Shown here: piece after piece, positions 9,569-17,968 of the stretch
How the letters are laid out: the number at the start of each line of letters is the position of its first letter
Numbering within the stretch: the first letter of the stretch is position 1
DNA from: Acidobacteriota bacterium
Lineage (GTDB): Bacteria; Acidobacteriota; Vicinamibacteria; Vicinamibacterales; UBA2999
Direction of reading: 5' to 3'
DNA: 64,000 nt
NCBI GenBank assembly: GCA_009694735.1
Contig: SHUG01000003.1
Span: 19,840 to 83,839, forward strand
Made by a program: the position numbers and the translations under genes
Notes under the pieces: model-generated
What the model was told of the DNA's origin: nothing
Database searches by the model: none
What the model saw: only the letters and a program-made list of their open reading frames with translations

Positions 9569-9646
9569 GGCTAACGATTCAAATGAGCCGCGCCCGCAGA
9601 CGCCCGTGAACGGGTCAAGGGCGTCGGCTCCATTTGAAGGTTAGCG
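9569..9646 (-). other. attC site 6
   Basis: Minus strand CGCTAAC-cttcaaatggagccg...cggctcatttgaatc-GTTAGCC; 78-bp imperfect palindrome with one unpaired base. Confidence 0.85.
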
Positions 9647-9656
9647 GGCCGCTTGC

Positions 9657-9875
9657 TTACGCCGTCACTGGCATGAGTCGGTAGACCCGGCTGGCCAATC
9701 GCGATGCACGCCGGGGGTCACCGGACCGCAGCGCCTCTCGGACCTCGTCGAGCCGGTACGCGTCGCCGATTGACAGGTACGGCGCCCAGCCGCCCTCGGC
9801 CTCGAGGAGATCGACGTCGACTTCCGCAACGAAGTCGCCCTCGCGGACCAGTCGCTTGGTGGTCTTGGTGCTCAT
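9657..9875 (-). CDS. Small protein coupled to DUF4258, putative antitoxin
   Basis: 72 aa; ATGA overlap with the DUF4258 stop; ends 10 nt before the attC. Confidence 0.7.
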   Translation of the reverse strand: MSTKTTKRLVREGDFVAEVDVDLLEAEGGWAPYLSIGDAYRLDEVREALRSGDPRRASRLASRVYRLMPVTA

Positions 9876-10194
9876 GTTCGTCTCTTCAGCCACGTCTCAT
9901 CCCATCTTGCCGGATCTGGCCTGTACGCGGTGATCAAAACTGCCGGAGACGTTTGTCCCTCCGGAATGCCCCAGACGACGTGTACGGGCTTGCCTGTCTT
10001 GTCCTGCTCAAGCACGAGCACACAGGGGCCTTTCGGAAACTCGGGGTAGTCCTCAATGACTACTGCCGCCCCAGCCCATCGACCACTTCGTGGACGAGAA
10101 CCTGATCGGCTGCGAGTTCCTCGTATCCATAAACAGAAACACGCACCTCTGCGCGGGCCACCAGTGCTCGCACCTGCTCCAAAGTCTGACTCAC
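9872..10194 (-). pseudogene. DUF4258 (putative RNase toxin), frameshifted near 10068
   Basis: MSQTLEQVRALV...EVVDGLG, then shifted frame AAVVIEDYPEFPKGPCVLVL...HVVWGIP...LITAYRPDPARW. Confidence 0.75.
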
Positions 10195-10250
10195 CGCCTT
10201 GGCCCGTCCGTCATCGTGTAATCGTGTTGTCTCGGGATGGTCCTGTCCGT

Positions 10251-10783
10251 CTAAAACGAATAGGGTTTCATCCGCACGGCCAGCGTCGTGATCTGCATGT
10301 GGCCCTCTCGACACACTGGACAGCGCGCCAGGTCGACCCCAGTAAGCCGGAGCACCAGCGCGTGCGACGATTCGGGAGGGGCCTCCTCGGTCGGCGGCTG
10401 GCCGAGCAGGTCACGACATGGGCGGACCATGTCGCGCCGCGTGCGATTGGCGAGCAGACCGAAGTGGCGAATGCGCATGAAGCCGCGGGGCACGACATGC
10501 AGCAGAAAGCGCCGGAGGAATTCGTCCGCCTCGAGGGTCATGACCTTCTCGTCCCCGGTTGCCGCGGCGACGGCACGCAGAACGACGTGCGGTCGCGCTT
10601 CAACCTCGCGTGACACAAGCAGCGCAACGCATTCACGGTGATGTTGCACGTACTCCAGGACCGCCGGCGCTCGCGAATCAGATACCGCACATACGCTTGC
10701 ACCTCGTCCTCCGACATCTGATCCGGTGATCGCCGGTAGTACCGGGCCAAGCCCGTGACGGCCGTCAGATACGTCTCGCGCGT
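10251..10783 (-). mobile_element. Internally deleted tyrosine-recombinase + IS91-family (Y2) transposase element remnant
   Basis: Recombinase N-terminal SAM-like fragment (LARYYRRSPDQMSEDEVQAYVRYL, ~10555-10783) fused to an IS91 C-terminus (MTLEADEFLRRFLLHVVPRGFMRIRHFGLLAN...CPVC). Confidence 0.8.
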
Positions 10784-10877
10784 CCGATGCTCGGTGGCGT
10801 CGATCGCCGAAGTGTGTGCGAGAGAACTCTGGAAGGGCGCTGCGCCTCAGAGACGAGGCCTACCGCGCAGCGGTTTC

Positions 10878-10960
10878 GTTCAACGCCGGCTTGAGCCGCG
10901 CGCCACGGTGACATGATCGCCCAGGACGCCTGGCGCGACGGCTCCAAGCCGATGTTATGC
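10878..10960 (-). other. attC site 5
   Basis: Minus strand GCATAAC (contains the vapC stop)-atcggcttggagccg...cggctcaagccggc-GTTGAAC; 83 bp. Confidence 0.9.
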
Positions 10961-11374
10961 GACGTGGCCCCGGAACAGCCTCAGGGGCGCGTGCCTCGCA
11001 ATCGCCTTGAAGTCCTCGTCGACGGCGAAGAGTTCGTGGTTGCCGGTAATCGTACATGCGGCGATCAAGCAGTCGACCCCAGAAACGCTGAGCCCTTTGC
11101 CCAAGCAGACGTTCCTGACTCGCGCAGCCTCGACGTGTTCCGGAACTCCCGCGGGAACGACGGCGAACGCCGCGAGCAGCTGCGTCGTGAGGTCGCTGAA
11201 CTGCCGGGGGGACCGAATGCCGCTCAGCACCTCTTGCAGCACGATGCCGGGCAGGCCGAGGGGAACGTCCCTCGCCATCAGTTCGTCGAACACGACCTGC
11301 AGCCGTCGCTCCTCCGCCCCGGGGCGCCTTCGCCGGAACACGCGCGAGAGGACCGATGTGTCAAAGAGGATCAC
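10955..11374 (-). CDS. vapC: VapC PIN-domain toxin, apparently intact
   Basis: ILFDTSV, LQEVLSG, VDCLIAA, DEDF acidic PIN residues. Confidence 0.9.
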   Translation of the reverse strand: MILFDTSVLSRVFRRRRPGAEERRLQVVFDELMARDVPLGLPGIVLQEVLSGIRSPRQFSDLTTQLLAAFAVVPAGVPEHVEAARVRNVCLGKGLSVSGVDCLIAACTITGNHELFAVDEDFKAIARHAPLRLFRGHVA

Positions 11375-11571
11375 CGGGCTCGTCGCTCCCGCTTGTAGTC
11401 GTACTGCGGGTCGTACGCGACCTTGCCCGCGAGCTTGGCCAGTTCCAGTCGCTGGCGCCGTTGGATGAACTCCCGTAGCGCCTCGTTCACCGTTTCGCGC
11501 TTGGTCCGGTACCCGCCCACGCTGCGGGCCTGATCGAGGAGTTGATCATCGATGGCGAGATTGGTTGGCAT
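11371..11571 (-). CDS. vapB: VapB antitoxin
   Basis: MPTNLAIDDQLL...TKRETVNEALREFI; overlaps the vapC start. Confidence 0.88.
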   Translation of the reverse strand: MPTNLAIDDQLLDQARSVGGYRTKRETVNEALREFIQRRQRLELAKLAGKVAYDPQYDYKRERRAR

Positions 11572-11608
11572 ACACAAAAATGCTACACATTCATCTTGTG
11601 TGCGTCAA
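11572..11608 (-). promoter_or_regulatory. vapBC promoter with operator-like inverted repeat
   Basis: TTGACG-17 nt-TAGCAT, 8 nt before the ATG; ACACA/TGTGT inverted repeat overlaps it. Confidence 0.6.
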
Positions 11609-11616
11609 GTTCTGTT

Positions 11617-11696
11617 GGCTATGCATTCCAAATGAGCCGCGCCGGGAAGCGGCGCGCGAGCGACGCGGCGGCGTCGGCTCCATTTGAATGTTATGC
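11617..11696 (-). other. attC site 4 (GTT end degenerate)
   Basis: Minus strand GCATAAC (contains the hicB stop)-attcaaatggagccg...cggctcatttggaatg-catagcc. Confidence 0.8.
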
Positions 11697-11957
11697 CGCT
11701 ACTTCGACCGTGGCGTAGAAATCGACCGCCCGAAGTAGTCGCCTCGGCCTGACTACACGCTGGCTTGGGCGCGGAATCGGAAGCCCGTCCTCGCGTAAGC
11801 CGCCGATGTGCAGCTCGATCGCCCGTTCGATCCGCCGCAGTGCCGTGTCGATCGTCTTTCCCGTGGCAACGCAGCCAGGCAAGTCTGGAACCGAGGCGCC
11901 CCAGTCGCTCCCGGCGTCGCGGTTAATGCGCACAAGATATTGCCGCGTCTTCGTCAT
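11691..11957 (-). CDS. hicB: HicB-family antitoxin
   Basis: WGASVPDLPGCVATGKT, AIELHIGGLREDGLPIPRP. Confidence 0.9.
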   Translation of the reverse strand: MTKTRQYLVRINRDAGSDWGASVPDLPGCVATGKTIDTALRRIERAIELHIGGLREDGLPIPRPSQRVVRPRRLLRAVDFYATVEVAA

Positions 11958-12148
11958 TTCAGTTCCTTCAACCCGGCTTGCCGCTTGACAGAGGCCAATG
12001 TGCCTTTCGGCATGTCGTCGCCGAGGCTGCCACTCACAGTCACCCGCCCGGGCTTCGTCAGGTGCTTGAACTGGCGATGACTACCTTCGGTACTAACCAA
12101 CGCTCAGCCCTCGCCGTTCAGGCGCCGGATCACCTCACGAACCTTCAC
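11954..12148 (-). pseudogene. hicA: HicA toxin with premature TGA at 12104-12106
   Basis: MKVREVIRRLNGEG*ALVSTEGSHRQFKHLTKPGRVTV...GTLASVKRQAGL; the stop replaces the usual GW tryptophan. Confidence 0.85.
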
Positions 12149-12233
12149 CCGACGACGCTACCACAGCCGGCCGATGCGTTGGCGCCGATGGCGGAGGCTG
12201 TGTCGTGTGAGCATTTCGTCTGACTGGATTGCG

Positions 12234-12306
12234 GCATTACGATCGCGCTCACCCGTGAGCGCGCACGATAGCACCCGCGCGAGTCGGGTGCAGCGCCAAG
12301 TTGGCG
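12234..12306 (-). other. attC site 3 (GTT mutated to GTA)
   Basis: Minus strand CGCCAAC-ttggcgctgcacccg...cgggtgagcgcgatc-GTAATGC; 73 bp; close relative of the site at 14691. Confidence 0.8.
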
Positions 12307-12395
12307 CAAGATTCTTCGTCGTCGTGCTCTGTCCGGATCGGGCGCCGACGTCGGTTCGCGGGGTCGGCGCTCAGTCCGTTGTCTTCGTGTTCGCG
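12307..12395 (-). repeat. ORF-less cassette element, copy C (hairpin 1 deleted)
   Basis: Aligns to 13150-13300 with a deletion between gctc microhomologies. Confidence 0.7.
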
Positions 12396-12441
12396 CCCCG
12401 CGTCAAGCTGCAGGCAGCGCGCTGAGCTGGGGGACGTCCCC

Positions 12442-12849
12442 TCATGGATGCGAGCGTCGCCGCAGAAGGCGCGCGCGGAGTTGAACTTGGTCATGGTCGT
12501 TGATGTCCAGTAGCTCGACGGTCGCGCGTCCCTCCGAAGTCAGCCCCTTGATGGTCCCATCAGGCTAAGATGAGAAGTGCTCTCGCCACGCGTGGCGCCT
12601 GGGGTGGTAGAGCGCCACGAGAGAGCCGGTCTCGGGGTCGATCGACGCGATATTCGGGCCCTTCTTCAAGTTGCAACGGATACAGCACAAGCACAAGTTG
12701 TCGACCTCGTCTGTTCCACGATGCTGCCGACCGATGATGTGGTCGACCTGGTGAGGCAGAATCGATGCGCTCTGGGGACCGCGGCAGTACTCGCACGCAC
12801 CATGAGCGCGGCGCTGAGCCAGCTCCCGCAAATCGCTCGATACCTTCAC
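12442..12849 (-). pseudogene. HNH endonuclease with premature TAG at 12565-12567
   Basis: CEYC, QVDHII, NLCLCCIRCNLKKG; frame continues after the stop as PDGTIKGLTSEGRATVELLDIN. Confidence 0.8.
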
Positions 12850-13061
12850 GATGCCGCGCGCATCGTCCAGAACTGCTCGGCCTCCAGCTTAAGGAGGCTC
12901 AGCATGTCGTTCAAACGAACGACTTCCGAGTACTCCTTCTGATCCTCAGGAGTGAGAAGGCCCGCGGTGCTCTTCTCGGCGAGCTCTTCGACTCGTGGGG
13001 CCAAGTCCTTGCTGATGGCGTCGAGCGCCGCTTCGAGCTGCTCCAACGTGTGCTTTTCCAT
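12846..13061 (-). CDS. Small acidic helical protein coupled to the HNH gene, putative antitoxin/immunity protein
   Basis: 71 aa, RVEELAEKSTAGLLTPEDQKEY; GTGA overlap with the HNH start. Confidence 0.7.
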   Translation of the reverse strand: MEKHTLEQLEAALDAISKDLAPRVEELAEKSTAGLLTPEDQKEYSEVVRLNDMLSLLKLEAEQFWTMRAAS

Positions 13062-13149
13062 AAGGTTCTCCGTCGCCGGCACTTGCGGCAGCATGCCACC
13101 GATCCGCGGTCGCCACAAGCGCGGCACGGAGCGAGCCCGCCCAGTAGCC

Positions 13150-13302
13150 ATCGTGCTGCCCGCGCCGGATCGACCACCGTCTACGTCGGTTCACGGGGTC
13201 GGCGCTCCCCCCGGTAGGGTCGAGGCGGGCCTCATGATTGTCACGGCCCGCCCCACGCTCTTGGCTCAGTCCGTCGTTCTCTCTCCGGTTCGTTCTTTTT
13301 CC
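13150..13302 (-). repeat. ORF-less cassette element, copy B
   Basis: Contains ggcgggcc-gtga-caa-tcat-ga-ggcccgcc and cgccgaccccgtgaaccgacg; starts at the GTT of an attC. Confidence 0.7.
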
Positions 13303-13376
13303 AGCCAACGCCCGGCTTCAGCCGCGGCGGCTCTCAGCATTTCACTCGCCGCCGTCGGCTGCAAGCCGTGTTGGGC
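13303..13376 (-). other. attC site 2
   Basis: Minus strand GCCCAAC-acggcttgcagccgacggcggc...gccgccgcggctgaagccgggc-GTTGGCT; 74 bp. Confidence 0.9.
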
Positions 13377-13444
13377 GGCTCATCCAAGTCGTGCAGGGCG
13401 TCGTCAGCGCACCGTGAGACCGTTATCGACAAGGTTCAGAATTC

Positions 13445-14374
13445 CTAGTTGGACGCTCTCTCTGGCGCGGCTGGTCCCATGCCAGCAACCAGAAGCCAGA
13501 GGTCCTCATCCTTCGTCCCCTCGTAGTGCGTGCCGTTCGCAAAGTCGTGAATGTACGACCCCTTCGGCATTCCGACTGTCTTGTCCTTGTCGACGGACGA
13601 TCCCGCGCCAATGTACATGCGTCCGCCCATGACCCAGACGAATTGATCGTTGGCGTGGCGGTGCGCCGTGCTCCAGCTATTCGGTGGCCGGCGGACAAAC
13701 TGAACGTACAGGCCGGCTTTGCCCGGATCACCAAAGACATTGACGAACGTGCTGCCGTCGGCTGCTTTGGTCCACGCCATATCTTCCAGTTTCTTGGCTA
13801 CACGCGCAGTCGGGTCGACATTCGGTCCACCAGGGGCACGAGGTGCCTCGTTGGCCGGGCCGCTATTCGTCCCACCCAGTCCGATAAAGAACAGCGTCAC
13901 TCCATCTTGCCCCACGCCGTCGTAATGCATTCTTCCGGGGACTTCGCTGACAACCGTGCCGCCCCTCAGGGCATCCACTCGATTCCGATCTTGAACTGGC
14001 CCTGTGCCGGCCAGGAATGTTCCCTCGAGCACCGTGCCGTAGCGTTCCGTCGGGTGAGTGTGGGGGGCGCTCCAATTGTCGAAGGGGCGTCTCAGGAGCG
14101 AGACATAAATTCCGCCCGGTTTTGACGCGTCGCCGTAGAGCGTGAGACTTCCAGTGCCATTCCGCTCGACCCACGGAATCTCTGACGGCAGCTTGTAATC
14201 GCGGATGCTGCGATCCAGCGTGACGGGGGCCTGTGCCGCGACTGGCACAATGAGGCCAAGCTGTTTACTGATGACATCCCGCTGAGGGATTGCAGGCCAG
14301 AGCGAGACGCTCGGGCAGATTGCGAGCAGGACGAGAAATCGAAGCAGGAGCTTCTGTGATTTCGACGTTGTCAT
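13445..14374 (-). CDS. Probably secreted tandem cupin-domain protein (cassette cargo)
   Basis: Hydrophobic N-terminus; two repeats of GDxxKxGxYV...WSxxHxH...HYxG; GGAG RBS before ATG 14374. Confidence 0.75.
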   Translation of the reverse strand: MTTSKSQKLLLRFLVLLAICPSVSLWPAIPQRDVISKQLGLIVPVAAQAPVTLDRSIRDYKLPSEIPWVERNGTGSLTLYGDASKPGGIYVSLLRRPFDNWSAPHTHPTERYGTVLEGTFLAGTGPVQDRNRVDALRGGTVVSEVPGRMHYDGVGQDGVTLFFIGLGGTNSGPANEAPRAPGGPNVDPTARVAKKLEDMAWTKAADGSTFVNVFGDPGKAGLYVQFVRRPPNSWSTAHRHANDQFVWVMGGRMYIGAGSSVDKDKTVGMPKGSYIHDFANGTHYEGTKDEDLWLLVAGMGPAAPERASN

Positions 14375-14690
14375 AATTCGCTCTCCAGTTAGATGATAGT
14401 CCGCATTGGCGGGGCCGGTCACGGAAGACGCGGTGTTCCCCCTTGTCGCGTCGCCCCTTCGGATCGTGTACTTCAACCACGGGCAGGGCAGCGGATGGTT
14501 CGCGAACGGTTTGAGTGAACGACTGACCAGACATGTTCTTGACGTTGTTCCACAGCGGGGCATCGGCGACATGTGCGACGTTGGTCGCAAGAATCAGCCG
14601 CGACGTGCTCCAAGCCAACGAATCATGGCGACCAATGAGACAACTCATCGTTTTCAAAGCTCTCGCCGAAGATTCTCTGGAAACCTGCCT

Positions 14691-14763
14691 AGACAACGTT
14701 CGCGCTCACCCGCGAGCGCGCACCAGACGACCCGCGCGAGTCGGGTGGAGCGCCCTGTTGGGT
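14691..14763 (-). other. attC site 1
   Basis: Minus strand ACCCAAC-agggcgctccacccg...cgggtgagcgcgaac-GTTGTCT; 73 bp. Confidence 0.85.
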
Positions 14764-14984
14764 TCTTGTTCGTCGTCGTCGCGTTCTTGCCGTGCCTTGA
14801 TCATCCGCGCCGCCGACGCTCGGTTCGCCAGGTCGGCGGGGGAGTTCCGTTCCGGATCGTCGCCGCCTACCGCATCGACTTCCGGCGGGCCTCATGGTTC
14901 GCCACGGCCCGCCGACGCCGCGCCGGACTCGGTCGCCGTCACATCGTTCGGTTCTCTTTCGTTCGTGTCTTTCGTCTACCCAAC
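14764..14984 (-). repeat. ORF-less cassette element, copy A (complete cassette body, possible ncRNA)
   Basis: Starts GTTGGGT, exactly complementary to the ACCCAAC of its own attC; two hairpins shared with copies B and C. Confidence 0.7.
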
Positions 14985-15466
14985 GTCATTTGGGTGTCTG
15001 GTGCCAATTGCTGGTCAGCGCCCGCGGTCAAGACGCCTGCGCTTGAGTGCCACCCCCCACTCGCGCGCGTTATTGCCGTTATTCCAACCGGCCGCAAGTC
15101 CTTCTGCCCAAACGATTCGCCTCACTTGAACGACACCCGAACCCGGGAATTGGCACCGGCGCCATAACCCCGAAAATCCGTGGATAGGCAGTTGGCGCCA
15201 TTCCCGGGATTGGGGCCAGCCGGGGTTGCAAACTGCCAACCGCGGTCTCGTTCGCCGAAGCGCGCCGCGCGAAGACGTGTCATGAAACCGGAATGCTCCC
15301 TGTTGTTGAAGGCTCCTTCAGGCTTCTGGCTGGCTCCTGACGTCCTACTCGTATGCGCCTGAGTGCCGGCGGGCCCCACGAGGCGGGCCGGTCCGCCGAA
15401 GCCGCCGCTCCGCTGAGTATCCACCCCAAGGGCCGCGGCGAAGGCGGCTATACTCGACCGAAGACC

Positions 15467-17968
15467 ATGTCTCGCCGCGTCTGGTTGCTCCTGGCTTCGG
15501 TCGTGCTAACCGTCGGGCTCGCGCCGTTCGTCACGGCTGAGCAGTCGCAGAACGTCGCGGCTGCGCGGGCCAACGCCGAGAGGTCGTGGCACCGTGGGCG
15601 TCTCGACGAGATCGGCAAGTTCGCCGATGCCTTTCCGAAAGACGAAGTGCTTGCCGTCTGGCGCGCCAAGGCCACCGCGGCCCGCGGCGATTACGCCGGT
15701 GCCGAATCGGGGCTGCAACCGTTTGCCGCCGCCAATCCGGCTGGCGACGCCGCACTCGAAGTGGGACTGCTCCAGCAGTTGGTCGGGCGCCGCGTTGAGG
15801 CGCGCCGCGCCCTCCAGCTGGTCATGATGGGCGACCAGCGCAATCCCACCGCCCGCGACTACGTCCGCGCCGCCCGCGCCGCGCGCGCACTGGGACGGTT
15901 CGACGATGCAAACGCGTTCTTCCGGGATGCGGACGGTCTGGCGCCGAATGATCCGGCGATCAACACGGAGTGGGGCGACCTGTTCGTTGAGAAGTACAAC
16001 AACAAGGACGCCGCGCGGTCGTTTCAGGAAGCCCTGAAGGCCGACCCCGAGTACGGCCCGGCGCTACTCGGCATGGCGCGGTCGCTCGCCGACCAGAACC
16101 CGGCGCAGGCCGTCGGCCTGGCGCTGCAGGCCCTCAAACAGAACCCCGTCGATTTGGGCGCACACCTGTTCGTCGCCGAAATGGCGATCTACCAGGACAA
16201 GAAAAAAGACGCGCTCGAATCGATCGGCAAAGTGCTGGCGGTCAACCCGCAGCACCTCGAAGCGCTGTCGATGCAGGCGGCGCTGGCATTTGTCGAAGGA
16301 CGCACGCAGGACTACGACGCGGCGCTGGCCGCCGCGCTCGCCATTCATCCGGCCTACGGCGAGATTCATCGCGTGGTCGGGTCGGTCACCGCGCATTACT
16401 ACCGCTTTGACGAGGCGGTCGAGCATGTGCGCAAAGGCATTGCCCTGGACCGCGACAACGCCGTGGCCTATGCCGACCTCGGCGCGCACCTGATGCGCAC
16501 CGGCGACGAGCGCAACGCCCGGCGCGCGCTCGAAACGGCATTCAAGGTCGACCCGTGGAACGTCGTCACCTTCAACCTGCTCGCCCTGCTCGACACGCTG
16601 GAACCATTCGACACCATTCGCGAAGGCGACCTGGTGATCCGACTGCATCCCGACGAGAAAGACGTGATGCGGCAGTACGTGCCGCAGCTCGCCAAGGAGT
16701 CGCTCGACGCGCTCAGCAAGCGGTGGGAGTTCACACCGAAGGGCCCCATCCTGATCGAGATGTTCCCGAATCACGACGACTTCGCGGTGCGCACCCTCGG
16801 CCTGCCCGGCATGATTGGCGCGCTCGGTGCTTGCTTCGGTCGCGTGGTCACGGTCGATTCGCCGAAGGCCCGCGCGCCCGGCAGCTTCAACTGGGGCGAG
16901 ACGCTGTGGCACGAAATGGCCCACGTGATCACGCTGCAGCTGTCGAACAACCGCCTGCCGCGATGGTTGAGCGAAGGCGCGTCGGTCTACGAAGAGCGGC
17001 GCGCCCGCCAGCAGTGGGGCCGGGAAATGGACATCCCTTTCGCCCGAGCGATGGACCGCGGCAAGTTGATCAGCCTGCGCGATCTGAACTCCGGCTTCAG
17101 TAACCCGGAACAGATTTCTTACTCCTATTACCAGGCGTCACTGGTCGTCGAGCACATCGTCGACGTGCATGGCCAGGCCAAGCTGCGTGCGCTGGTCGCG
17201 GCCTACGCTGATGGCTCCGACACGGAGACGGCCATTGGCAAGGCCCTGGGCGTTGACATCGACTCATTACAGAAGACCTTTGATGGCTTTCTTGAGGGCC
17301 GCTACGCCGGCCTGCGGCGGGCGCTGGCCGTGCCGGAAGGGCTGACCGAGAAGACCCCCCTGGAACTGGTTAAGGTGATCGCCTCGGCCAATCCCGGCAG
17401 CTACACGGCGCAGATGGCACTCGGCGAAGCGCAGATCGAAAGCAGTCCCGATGGCGCCATCGCCGCATTCGAGCGTGCCGCGCAACTGATTCCGAACGTC
17501 ACCGGCGAAGACAGCCCAGAGGCGCTGATCGCGGCGGTCGCCTTGAAGAAAGGCGATAAGTCGCGCGCCGCCGCCGCCCTGGAATCCCTGAGCGGCAAGA
17601 GCAACACTGACATCGCGTCGGCCCGGCAATTGGCGACGCTGGTTGACCCCGTGAAGGAACGTAGCCGTTTGCACGTCGCCCTCAAGAGCCTGGTGGCCAT
17701 CGACCCGTTCGATGGCGCGGCCCATGCCACGCTGGGCCGTCTTGACCTTGACGCCAAGCGGACGGACGAGGCCATTCGCATGTTCCGCGTGGCCCTGGCG
17801 TCGAAGCCGCTCGACCGCGCCGGCGCGCACGCCGATCTTGCTGAGGCCCTCGCCGAGGCGGGCCAGCGCGACGAGGCGAAGAAGCAAGCGCTCGCGGCGC
17901 TCGAGATCGCCCCCACCTTCACCCGTGCGCAAGACCTGCTGCTCAGGCTCGCCCAGGGCAGTCGTTGA
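15467..17968 (+). CDS. Secreted TPR-repeat protein with a central peptidase MA-like (HEXXH) domain
   Basis: Signal peptide; many TPRs; WHEMAH...PRWLSEG; TATACT upstream. Confidence 0.85.
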   Translation: MSRRVWLLLASVVLTVGLAPFVTAEQSQNVAAARANAERSWHRGRLDEIGKFADAFPKDEVLAVWRAKATAARGDYAGAESGLQPFAAANPAGDAALEVGLLQQLVGRRVEARRALQLVMMGDQRNPTARDYVRAARAARALGRFDDANAFFRDADGLAPNDPAINTEWGDLFVEKYNNKDAARSFQEALKADPEYGPALLGMARSLADQNPAQAVGLALQALKQNPVDLGAHLFVAEMAIYQDKKKDALESIGKVLAVNPQHLEALSMQAALAFVEGRTQDYDAALAAALAIHPAYGEIHRVVGSVTAHYYRFDEAVEHVRKGIALDRDNAVAYADLGAHLMRTGDERNARRALETAFKVDPWNVVTFNLLALLDTLEPFDTIREGDLVIRLHPDEKDVMRQYVPQLAKESLDALSKRWEFTPKGPILIEMFPNHDDFAVRTLGLPGMIGALGACFGRVVTVDSPKARAPGSFNWGETLWHEMAHVITLQLSNNRLPRWLSEGASVYEERRARQQWGREMDIPFARAMDRGKLISLRDLNSGFSNPEQISYSYYQASLVVEHIVDVHGQAKLRALVAAYADGSDTETAIGKALGVDIDSLQKTFDGFLEGRYAGLRRALAVPEGLTEKTPLELVKVIASANPGSYTAQMALGEAQIESSPDGAIAAFERAAQLIPNVTGEDSPEALIAAVALKKGDKSRAAAALESLSGKSNTDIASARQLATLVDPVKERSRLHVALKSLVAIDPFDGAAHATLGRLDLDAKRTDEAIRMFRVALASKPLDRAGAHADLAEALAEAGQRDEAKKQALAALEIAPTFTRAQDLLLRLAQGSR

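Noticed and set aside
10538-10783. Tyrosine recombinase fragment as the integron integrase
   Set aside because: Only the N-terminal SAM-like part remains, it is fused to an IS91 transposase tail and lies mid-array
14689-14895. 68-aa ORF inside ORF-less element copy A
   Set aside because: Runs through the attC; the equivalent ATG in copy B gives only 14 codons and copy C lacks it
8783-14984. The recurring palindromes as a CRISPR array or plain terminators
   Set aside because: Repeats are 73-83 bp, divergent, separated by gene-sized spacers, lack U-tracts and have AAC/GTT ends; no cas genes
13150-14984. Cassette element as a hammerhead ribozyme
   Set aside because: No CUGANGA/GAAA core in a suitable arrangement by eye; other classes need an Rfam search
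15094-15120. Imperfect palindrome gcaagtcctt...aacgattcgc as a Xer/dif-like site
   Set aside because: Too degenerate and single-copy to support
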